Positions 32,659-39,521 of a stretch of DNA of 64,000 nucleotides are shown here, piece after piece. Below the pieces are notes generated by a model, which saw nothing but the letters and a program-made list of their open reading frames with translations, made no database searches and had not been told where the DNA came from. The stretch is from an uncultured Actinomycetota bacterium (GTDB lineage Bacteria > Actinomycetota > Actinomycetes > Mycobacteriales > CADCTP01): NCBI GenBank assembly GCA_963728945.1, contig CAVSMA010000002.1:1776243-1840242 (forward strand), given 5' to 3'. A program made the translations under genes and the position numbers. Each line of letters begins with the position of its first letter. Within the stretch, counting starts at the first letter, position 1.

Positions 32659-33324
32659 TTACCTGGCCTGCCGGGGTCGGCCGCCCTCCTCCAGCTCCGG
32701 CACGACCTCCTGCAGCTGGCGCAGCGACACCTTGCCCCGCCGCAGCAGCACCGGCGTCGGCCCGGTCACGTCGACGATCGTGGACGGCGACGGGTCGATG
32801 CACGGGCCGCCGTCGAGGTAGACCGCGACCGCGTAGCCGAGCTGTTCCTGGGCGTCCTTGGCGGACAGCGGCACCCGGGTGCCGGTCCGGTTCGCGCCGG
32901 ACACGGCCAGCGGGCCGGTGCGGGCCAGCAGCTCCAGCGCGACCGGGTGCATCGGCATCCGGATCGACACGGCGCCGCGGTCGTCGCCGAGATCCCAGGC
33001 CAGCGACGGGGCGTGCTCGATCACGAGGGTCAGCGGCCCCGGCCAGAACGCCTCGACCAGCGCCCGCACCTCCGGCTGGACCAGCAGCGTCAGCCCGTCG
33101 AGGCCGGACCAGGAGCCGACCATGACCGGGATCGGCAGGTCCCGGCCGCGGCCCTTGCTGGCTGCCAGCGCGTCCACCGCGGCCGGCTGGAACGCGTCCG
33201 CGGCCAGCCCGTACGAGGCGTCCACCGGCATGACCACCAGCTCGCCGCGCCGGATCGAGTCGACCGCGGTGTCCAGCCCCTCCGCCCGCTCGACCGGATC
33301 CGCACAGTCGAAGGTCAGCGACAC
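32659..33324 (-). CDS. tsaC: Resident L-threonylcarbamoyladenylate synthase (Sua5/TsaC) with divergent active-site motifs
   Basis: KGRGRDLP, FWPGPLT, IRMP and PSTIVD present; PVDASYG replaces PTDTVYG and SGAN replaces SSAN. Confidence 0.88.
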   Translation of the reverse strand: MSLTFDCADPVERAEGLDTAVDSIRRGELVVMPVDASYGLAADAFQPAAVDALAASKGRGRDLPIPVMVGSWSGLDGLTLLVQPEVRALVEAFWPGPLTLVIEHAPSLAWDLGDDRGAVSIRMPMHPVALELLARTGPLAVSGANRTGTRVPLSAKDAQEQLGYAVAVYLDGGPCIDPSPSTIVDVTGPTPVLLRRGKVSLRQLQEVVPELEEGGRPRQAR

Positions 33325-33387
33325 GGCGTCTCCCTTGATCGTCGGGGGAAGCGGACGCCGTCCAGCCAGCTGGTCAAGGCAGACGCC

Positions 33388-34380
33388 TCAGAACGACTCG
33401 ATCGACAGGGAGGTGGTGGCCTCGGGCGGGAGGTCGGCGCCGGCGGCCAGGTAGTCCCAGGCCGCCAGGCCGATCATGGCGCCGTTGTCGGTCGACCAGC
33501 GCAGCGGCGGCAGGCTCAGCCGGACCCCGGCCTGCGCGCACAGCTCGCCGGCCGCCGCCCGCAGCTGCGGGCTGGCCGCCACCCCGCCGACGATGACCAG
33601 GCACTCGGACGGCTGCTCGGCCAGCGCCCGGCGGCACTTGGCCACCAGCACCTCGAGCACCGCGGCGACGAAGCTCGCGGCCACGTCGGCCGGCGGCGCG
33701 TCCGGGTTGGCCGCGAGGAACCGCTCGACCGCGGACTTCAGCCCGGAGAACGAGAAGTTCAGCCCGTCGGTGAGCATCGGCCGCGGGAACGGGAACACCG
33801 GGTTACCGGTCGCGGCGAGCTTGTCGACCACCGGGCCGCCGGGATAGCCGAGGTCGAGCATCCGGGCGACCTTGTCGTAGGCCTCCCCCACCGAGTCGTC
33901 CACGGTGGAGCCGAGCAGCGTGATCGTCCCGGCATCGGTCATCCGGGCCAGGAACGTGTGCCCACCGGAGACCAGCAGGATGGTCGCCGGGTAGTCGACC
34001 CGGCGCTCCTCCAGGTCAGCGCTGCGCAGGTGGCCGCGCAGGTGGTTGATGCCGAGCACCGGCACGCCCCAGCCCTGGCCGAGGGCGGCCGCGGTGCTCA
34101 CGCCGACCATCAGCGAGCCGATCAGCCCCGGACCGCGGGTCACCCCGATCGCGCGCAGCGTCCGCGGGTCGACGCCGGAGTCGTCGAGCACCATCCGTAC
34201 GGTCGGCAGGATCTTGTCCACGTGCGCCCGGGACGCCATCTCCGGGTACACGCCGCCGTACCGGTTGTGCAGCGCGACCTGGGACGCGGTCGACGCGGCG
34301 ACGACCGTGCCGTCCTTGTCGACGAGCGCGACCGAGGTGTCGTCACAGGACGTCTCGATACCGAGCACGAGTTCCGTCAT
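33388..34380 (-). CDS. tsaD: tRNA N6-adenosine threonylcarbamoyltransferase TsaD (cassette copy)
   Basis: LGIETSCDDT, PEMASRAH, GPGLIGSL, NHLRGH, LLVSGGHT, GEAYDKVAR, GYPGGP, FSFSGLK and DNGAMIG. Confidence 0.95.
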   Translation of the reverse strand: MTELVLGIETSCDDTSVALVDKDGTVVAASTASQVALHNRYGGVYPEMASRAHVDKILPTVRMVLDDSGVDPRTLRAIGVTRGPGLIGSLMVGVSTAAALGQGWGVPVLGINHLRGHLRSADLEERRVDYPATILLVSGGHTFLARMTDAGTITLLGSTVDDSVGEAYDKVARMLDLGYPGGPVVDKLAATGNPVFPFPRPMLTDGLNFSFSGLKSAVERFLAANPDAPPADVAASFVAAVLEVLVAKCRRALAEQPSECLVIVGGVAASPQLRAAAGELCAQAGVRLSLPPLRWSTDNGAMIGLAAWDYLAAGADLPPEATTSLSIESF

Positions 34381-34967
34381 GCCAGCACCTTCGCGATCTG
34401 GTCGGCGGGGACGGCGCCGACCCGCTCGACCGCCGGGTTCGGCAGGTTGCAGTTCACCAGCGTGGACGGGACGGTCGCCCGCACCCCACCGTCCAGGGCC
34501 AGGTCCGGTTCGCCGTCGAGCTGGTCGAGCACCTGCCGCATCGACTCGGGCGTCTCCTGGGCGTGCAGGTTGGCGCTGGTGACGAGCAACGGGCCGACCG
34601 CGCGCAGCACCTCGAGCAGCAGCGGGTCGTCCGGGATGCGTACGGCGATCTCGTCCCGGTCGGTCAGCCACTCCGGCGCGGTCCGCTGGTCGAGGCCCAG
34701 CGCGAGGGTGAGCGGCCCGGGCGAGAACGCGGCCAGCAGCCGCTTGGCCGGCCCGGTCACGTCGGCACCCAGCTCCTCGGCCTGGTCCGGCGACGCCACC
34801 ATGATCGGCAGGTTGCGGGACAGCGGCCGGCGCTTCATTGCGAACAGCCGCGGCAGCGCGTCCGCGCCGTGCACCGGGTGCACGGCCAGCCCATACACGG
34901 TGTCGGTCGGCAGCAGCACGATGCCGCCGCCGCACAGCGTCTCGACGACGCGCTCGGCGTCAGTCAT
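34377..34967 (-). CDS. tsaC: Second L-threonylcarbamoyladenylate synthase (TsaC/YrdC, 196 aa)
   Basis: PTDTVYGL, KRRP, PGPLT, VRIP, TSAN and PSTLV: full K-x-R...S-x-N tetrad; ATGA overlap with tsaD. Confidence 0.93.
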   Translation of the reverse strand: MTDAERVVETLCGGGIVLLPTDTVYGLAVHPVHGADALPRLFAMKRRPLSRNLPIMVASPDQAEELGADVTGPAKRLLAAFSPGPLTLALGLDQRTAPEWLTDRDEIAVRIPDDPLLLEVLRAVGPLLVTSANLHAQETPESMRQVLDQLDGEPDLALDGGVRATVPSTLVNCNLPNPAVERVGAVPADQIAKVLA

Positions 34968-35622
34968 CGGTCCCTCCGAACAGCGGGGACTGCTCGGTGA
35001 GCGGCGTCGCGGCGCGCTCCCGGGTCGGGTCGACGGTCGGGCGCCCGGCCGTCACCCAGCGCAGGACGCGTACGTCCGGGCCGGCGATGCCGGAATCCTT
35101 GACCAGCACGCCGGGCAGCAAGCCGGGAAGCAGGTCGGCGACCTCGCCGCGGAAGTCGCCGGCCAGCACGACCTCCGGCCCGCTCACCAGCCGCAGCACC
35201 TCGGCCAGCGGCCCGTGCCGGTAGGTGGCGGCGCCGGCGGCGAACCAGCCCGCGTACGCCCGGCCGGCGCCGGCGTTGCGCAGGCAGAGCACCGGCACCG
35301 CCGGGCCGGCCTGCGCGGCCATCAGCTCCAGCGAGTTCGCGGTGGCGACGCCGGCGCCGAGGGCGAACGCGAGCCCGTTGCCGTACGCCACGCCGGTGCG
35401 GACCGCGGTGAGGTTGCCCGGCCCGACGTCCACGGCGATGCGGGTGACGTCGGCGAACGACCGGCCGGCGTCCGCCAGCAGCCCGCCGACCAGCCCGGGC
35501 AGGTCCCGCTGCGCCGGCGGCACCCCGACCAGCGCGCGGCTGGCCAGCACGTCGGTGTCGTCCTCGGTGGCGAGCGCGGCGGCGAAGGTGGCGGTGGAGG
35601 TCTCCAGGGCCAGCGTGAGCAT
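34960..35622 (-). CDS. tsaB: TsaB (YeaZ)-like dimerisation subunit, divergent
   Basis: LALETST, IAVDVGPGNLTAVRTG (cf. GPGSFTGLRIG), GLAFAL and NSLE; overlaps both neighbours. Confidence 0.85.
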   Translation of the reverse strand: MLTLALETSTATFAAALATEDDTDVLASRALVGVPPAQRDLPGLVGGLLADAGRSFADVTRIAVDVGPGNLTAVRTGVAYGNGLAFALGAGVATANSLELMAAQAGPAVPVLCLRNAGAGRAYAGWFAAGAATYRHGPLAEVLRLVSGPEVVLAGDFRGEVADLLPGLLPGVLVKDSGIAGPDVRVLRWVTAGRPTVDPTRERAATPLTEQSPLFGGTDD

Positions 35623-36113
35623 CAGGCGGCCTCGGCCAGCAGCGCGGTCTCGATCGCCTCCGGCACGCCGGACCAGCGGGCGCCGTGTCCGGTGATCGTG
35701 ATCGTCCGCTGCTGCTCGTCGTCCGGATCGGCGGTCAGCGTGACCGCGAGGTGCTCGGGCAGCTCGCTTTCGACCAGCCCGCCCCACTCGACCAGCGTCA
35801 CCGACTCGGCCAGGTGCTCCGCCAGGCCGAGGTCGCGGAACTCGGCCACGCCGGTCAGCCGGTAGGTGTCGATGTGCAGCACCGGCACCCGGCCGCCGGC
35901 GTAGAACTGGGCCAGCATGAACGTCGGGCTGGTCACCTGGTCGGCCGAGCCGAGCGCGGCCGCCGCCCCCGCCACGAACGTGGTCTTGCCGGCGGCCAGC
36001 TCGCCGTGCAGCAGGACGACGTCTCCGGCCCGGAGCTGCCCGGCGACCGCGGCCGCGACGGCGGCAGTGCGCGCTGGTGACTCCGCGCCCACGCGGATGC
36101 TGTCAGTAGTCAT
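35622..36113 (-). CDS. tsaE: TsaE (YjeE) ATPase
   Basis: LHGELAAGKTT, VTSPTF, HIDTYRL and LVEWG; TGATG overlap with tsaB. Confidence 0.93.
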   Translation of the reverse strand: MTTDSIRVGAESPARTAAVAAAVAGQLRAGDVVLLHGELAAGKTTFVAGAAAALGSADQVTSPTFMLAQFYAGGRVPVLHIDTYRLTGVAEFRDLGLAEHLAESVTLVEWGGLVESELPEHLAVTLTADPDDEQQRTITITGHGARWSGVPEAIETALLAEAA

Positions 36114-36144
36114 TTCCCGGCTCTCGCTGCGTTCCGAAGGTCCG

Positions 36145-36164
36145 AGGATACGACCAGGTCTCGA
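36145..36164 (-). promoter_or_regulatory. Candidate tsaE promoter: TCGAGA-N8-TATCCT
   Basis: TANNNT -10 ~32 nt upstream of the tsaE ATG, with a TCGAG element 8 nt upstream (SARP-like spacing); no clear second repeat. Confidence 0.3.
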
Positions 36165-36261
36165 AACGGTTGCCCTAAGGGGCACTTCTGGCCCCGGCAC
36201 CAACTTATCGGCCTTCCGGAGCGTCCCACTGTCGACGGATTTTCTCGGGTTGGGGAGAGTC

Positions 36262-36990
36262 ATGACCGGATCCGTACGGGTCGGGGTGCTCGGGCCGCTG
36301 TCCGTGGAGGTCGATGGCCGGGCGCACGAGGCGCCGCGCGCCGAGGTGGTCCGAGGACTGCTCGGCGTGCTGCTGCTGGCCGGCCGGGAGCCGCTGTCCG
36401 TGGAGCGGCTCATCCCGTTGGTGTGGGACGACCGGGCCGGGCACACCCGGCCCGCGTCGGTGCACGTCGCGGTCACGAGACTGCGCGGCTGGCTGGACGA
36501 GGCCGGGCTGGCCGCCGAGCTGCGCCGGGAGGGCTGCGGCTACCGGCTGGCGCACGAGTTCGACCTCGACCTCGACCGGGTCAGCGAGCACGGTACGGCC
36601 GAGGAGCCGGCGGCCGACCGGTGCCTGCGGCTGGCGGCCGCGCTCGCCCGCTACCGCGGGCCGGTGCTGGCCGACGTGGTCCGGCTCGGCCGGTCCGATC
36701 CGCTGGTGATCGGGGCCGAGCGGCTGGTGCTGCGGCGCTGCCTGGAGCTGGCCGACGTGGCCGAGGCGACCGGGCGGCCGGAGCTCGGCGTCGGGCCGCT
36801 GGAGACCTACGCGTCGTGTGACCCGTACGAGGAGATGGTGCAGGCGCGGCTGGTCGAGCTGCTCGCCGAGGCCGGGCGCCCGGAGACGGCCCGGCGGCGA
36901 TACGAGCAGGCCAGGGCGCTGCTGGCGGCGGAGCTCGGCGTCCCGCCCTGCCCGCGGCTGCGCCGGGCCGGCGGCAAGGTTGCCGCCTAG
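36262..36990 (+). CDS. Small SARP/AfsR-family transcriptional activator (winged HTH + BTAD)
   Basis: VGVLGPLSV, LLGVLLL, LIPLVW, VHVAVTRLR, GYRL, ALARYRGPVLAD, DPYEE and LAAELGVPP. Confidence 0.88.
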   Translation: MTGSVRVGVLGPLSVEVDGRAHEAPRAEVVRGLLGVLLLAGREPLSVERLIPLVWDDRAGHTRPASVHVAVTRLRGWLDEAGLAAELRREGCGYRLAHEFDLDLDRVSEHGTAEEPAADRCLRLAAALARYRGPVLADVVRLGRSDPLVIGAERLVLRRCLELADVAEATGRPELGVGPLETYASCDPYEEMVQARLVELLAEAGRPETARRRYEQARALLAAELGVPPCPRLRRAGGKVAA

Positions 36991-37844
36991 GTCACCCCTA
37001 CCGGCCGCCGCCCGGGCCGGTCCGCCGGCCGCCGCGCGGTGGTGAAGCGCGGCCGGCCGGCCAGGTCGGGGTGGTCACGCACCTCGGCCCAGTGCCGGAA
37101 CACCGCCGGCACCGACTCGCCCTGCACGTCCGCGTGCTCGACCGCGACCAGTCCGCCGGGCTTGAGCAGCCGGGCCGCGGCCCGCTCGACCGCCCGCACG
37201 GCGACCAGCCCGTCCTCGCCGCCCCACAGCGCCGCCGGCGGGTCGTGCTCGGCCACCTCGCGCTCGATCCGCGCCCCGACCGGAATGTACGGCGGGTTCG
37301 CGGTGACCAGGTCGACCGTGCCGGCCAGGTCGGCGAGCAGGGTGGGGTCGGCCACGTCGCCCCGGTGCAGCGCGACCGGCAGGCCGGTCGCCGCCACGTT
37401 GCGGGCCGCCCAGGCCAGCGCGTGCTCCTCCAACTCGGCCGCGTGCACGGTGACGTCGGCCGCCTCGTCGGCGAGGGCGAGCGCGATCGCGGCCGAGCCC
37501 GCGCACAGGTCGACGACCACGTCACCGGGCCGGAGCCGGGCCAGCGCCCAGTCGACCAGCACCTCGGTCTCCGGCCGGGGCACGAACACGCCGGGGCCGA
37601 CGGCGAGGTCGAGCCGCCGGAACCCGGCCACCCCGGTCAGGTGCTGCAGCGGCACCCTGGCCGCCCGCTGCTCGACCAGCTCGGCGTAGCGGCCGGCGGC
37701 CTCGGCCGGCAGCCGGTCCAGGAGCACCAGCCGGGACCGGGACAGCCCGAGCGCGTGCGCGGCCAGCTCCTCGGCGTCGTGCCGGGGGCTGGCCACCCCC
37801 GCGGCGGCCAGCGTGGCCGCCGCCGCCTCAATCTCCGGCAGCAC
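36987..37844 (-). CDS. prmC: Release factor glutamine methyltransferase
   Basis: [21 protein letters not shown] and NPPY. Confidence 0.95.
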   Translation of the reverse strand: MLPEIEAAAATLAAAGVASPRHDAEELAAHALGLSRSRLVLLDRLPAEAAGRYAELVEQRAARVPLQHLTGVAGFRRLDLAVGPGVFVPRPETEVLVDWALARLRPGDVVVDLCAGSAAIALALADEAADVTVHAAELEEHALAWAARNVAATGLPVALHRGDVADPTLLADLAGTVDLVTANPPYIPVGARIEREVAEHDPPAALWGGEDGLVAVRAVERAAARLLKPGGLVAVEHADVQGESVPAVFRHWAEVRDHPDLAGRPRFTTARRPADRPGRRPVGVT

Positions 37845-38895
37845 CAAGCAACGCTTCCGTGTCGGCCTTCTGCAGGGCCGCGATGACGTCGTCGAGGTTG
37901 CCGTCGAGCACCTGGTCGAGGTTGTAGGCCTTGTAGCCGACCCGGTGATCGGAGATCCGGTTCTCCGGGAAGTTGTACGTGCGGACCCGCTCGCTGCGGT
38001 CGACCGTGCGGACCTGGGAGCGGCGGGCGTCGGACGCCTCCTTGTCCGCCTCCTCCTGCGCCAGCGCGAGCAGCCGGGCGCGCAGCACCCGCAGGCCGGC
38101 CTCCCGGTTCTGCAGCTGGCTCTTCTCGTTCTGCATCGACACGACGGTGCCGGTCGGGACGTGGGTGATCCGGACCGCCGAGTCGGTGGTGTTGACGCTC
38201 TGCCCGCCGGGCCCGGACGAACGGTAGACGTCGATGCGCAGGTCGGCCGGGTCGATCTGGACGTCGACCTCCTCCGCCTCGGGCAGCACGAGCACGCCCG
38301 CGGCGCTGGTGTGGATGCGCCCCTGCGACTCGGTCGCCGGCACCCGCTGCACCCGGTGCACACCGCCCTCGTACTTGAGCTGGCGCCACACACCGGCGTC
38401 CGACCGGCCGCGGACCGCCACCGTCACGTCCTTGTAGCCGCCGAGGTCGGACTGCTCGGCGTCGAGGATCTCGGTCTTCCAGCCCTGCCGCTCGGCGTGG
38501 CGCAGGTACATCCGGAGCAGGTCGCCGGCGAACAGCGCCGACTCCTCGCCGCCCTCGCCGGCCTTGATCTGCAGGATCACGTCCTTGCCGTCGTTGGGGT
38601 CGCGCGGCACCAGCAGCTCGCGCAGCTTGTCCTGCAGCGCGCCCTCGCGGGTGGCCAGCTCGGTCGCCTCCGCGGCGAACGACTGGTCCTCGCCGGCCAG
38701 CTCGCGGGCCGTGGCCAGGTCGCCCTGGGTGGTCTCGAGCTGGTGCGCGGTCTCCGCGATCCGGGACAGCTCCGCGTACCGGCGGCCGAGCCGGCGGGCC
38801 AGCGCCTGGTCGGCGTGCACGGACGGGTCGGCGAGCTTGCGCTCCAGCTCGGCGTGCTCGGCCAGCAGCGCGGGCAGGCTCTCCGGGGTGGTCAT
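37828..38895 (-). CDS. prfA: Peptide chain release factor 1
   Basis: [26 protein letters not shown] and RTYNFPENR. Confidence 0.98.
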   Translation of the reverse strand: MTTPESLPALLAEHAELERKLADPSVHADQALARRLGRRYAELSRIAETAHQLETTQGDLATARELAGEDQSFAAEATELATREGALQDKLRELLVPRDPNDGKDVILQIKAGEGGEESALFAGDLLRMYLRHAERQGWKTEILDAEQSDLGGYKDVTVAVRGRSDAGVWRQLKYEGGVHRVQRVPATESQGRIHTSAAGVLVLPEAEEVDVQIDPADLRIDVYRSSGPGGQSVNTTDSAVRITHVPTGTVVSMQNEKSQLQNREAGLRVLRARLLALAQEEADKEASDARRSQVRTVDRSERVRTYNFPENRISDHRVGYKAYNLDQVLDGNLDDVIAALQKADTEALLGAAGD

Positions 38896-38914
38896 CGTGG
38901 TCTCCTGACAACGA

Positions 38915-38947
38915 ACGACGCCCACCCCGCGATGGGGTGGGCGTCGT
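38915..38947 (-). terminator. Intrinsic-terminator-like hairpin after rpmE
   Basis: 14-bp perfect stem ACGACGCCCACCCC/GGGGTGGGCGTCGT with 5-nt loop. Confidence 0.75.
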
Positions 38948-38955
38948 GGGAGGCG

Positions 38956-39177
38956 CTACTTGCCGGCGCGCTCGCGCTTGCCGTACCGCTGCTCGAACCG
39001 GGCGACGCGGCCGCCGGTGTCGAGGATCTTCTGCTTGCCGGTGTAGAACGGGTGGCACTGCGAGCACACGTCGGCGTGGATCACGCCGTTCGGCGCGGTG
39101 CTGCGGGTCTGGAACGTGTTCCCGCAGGAGCAGGTCACCGTCGTCTCGACGTAGTCAGGGTGGATTCCGGGCTTCAC
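38956..39177 (-). CDS. rpmE: 50S ribosomal protein L31 (Zn-binding, type A)
   Basis: [23 protein letters not shown] and GGRVARF. Confidence 0.97.
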   Translation of the reverse strand: MKPGIHPDYVETTVTCSCGNTFQTRSTAPNGVIHADVCSQCHPFYTGKQKILDTGGRVARFEQRYGKRERAGK

Positions 39178-39202
39178 GAATGGGTCCTCTCGTTGGCGGC
39201 CG

Positions 39203-39358
39203 CCGGGTCGCACCCCTGGAGCCTGCCCCCGTCGGTGCGTGTGCCTTGGGGGGCTGGCCCCCGCTGGCGCGTGTGCCTTGGGGGCTGGCCCCCCCGCTGG
39301 CGCGCGCGCCTTGGGGGGTTAACGGGGGGCTGGCCCCCCGTTGGTGCGTGAACCGGAG
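39203..39358 (-). ncRNA. L31 ribosomal-protein leader-like structure with repeat-expanded loop
   Basis: CCGGTTCACGCACC ... GGTGCGACCCGG arms resemble the actinobacterial rpmE leader; ~130 nt of G/C-run repeats between them. Confidence 0.5.
39237..39342. repeat. Imperfect ~32-bp tandem repeats (GCGTGTGCCTTGGGGG..CTGGCCCCC..GCTGG) plus G-run hairpin
   Basis: Units start at ~39237, 39269 and 39302. Confidence 0.8.
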
Positions 39359-39402
39359 CCGAGGTCGTGACCAGTGTGCCAGACCGGCACACCGACGTTC
39401 TC

Positions 39403-39428
39403 AACGGCGGCGGGCAGGATGGCATTCC
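39403..39428 (-). promoter_or_regulatory. SigR/SigH-type promoter GGAAT-N18-GTT upstream of rpmE
   Basis: Minus strand reads GGAAT-gccatcctgcccgccgcc-GTT; a second TGG-CACACT -10-like element lies at 39373-39381. Confidence 0.7.
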
Positions 39429-39521
39429 CAACCGGCACCCGCCGGCGACGGCCGTTCTGACCGGCGCCGACGGGTCCTGAACCGGATGGGTCCGCCGCCT
39501 TCGGCGGGCGGGGCCCCCGGC

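Noticed and set aside
33388-36990. Reading the SARP + tsa genes as a full natural-product biosynthetic cluster
   Set aside because: No scaffold-building, tailoring or export genes are adjacent, and both flanks are core genes; kept only as a weak alternative.
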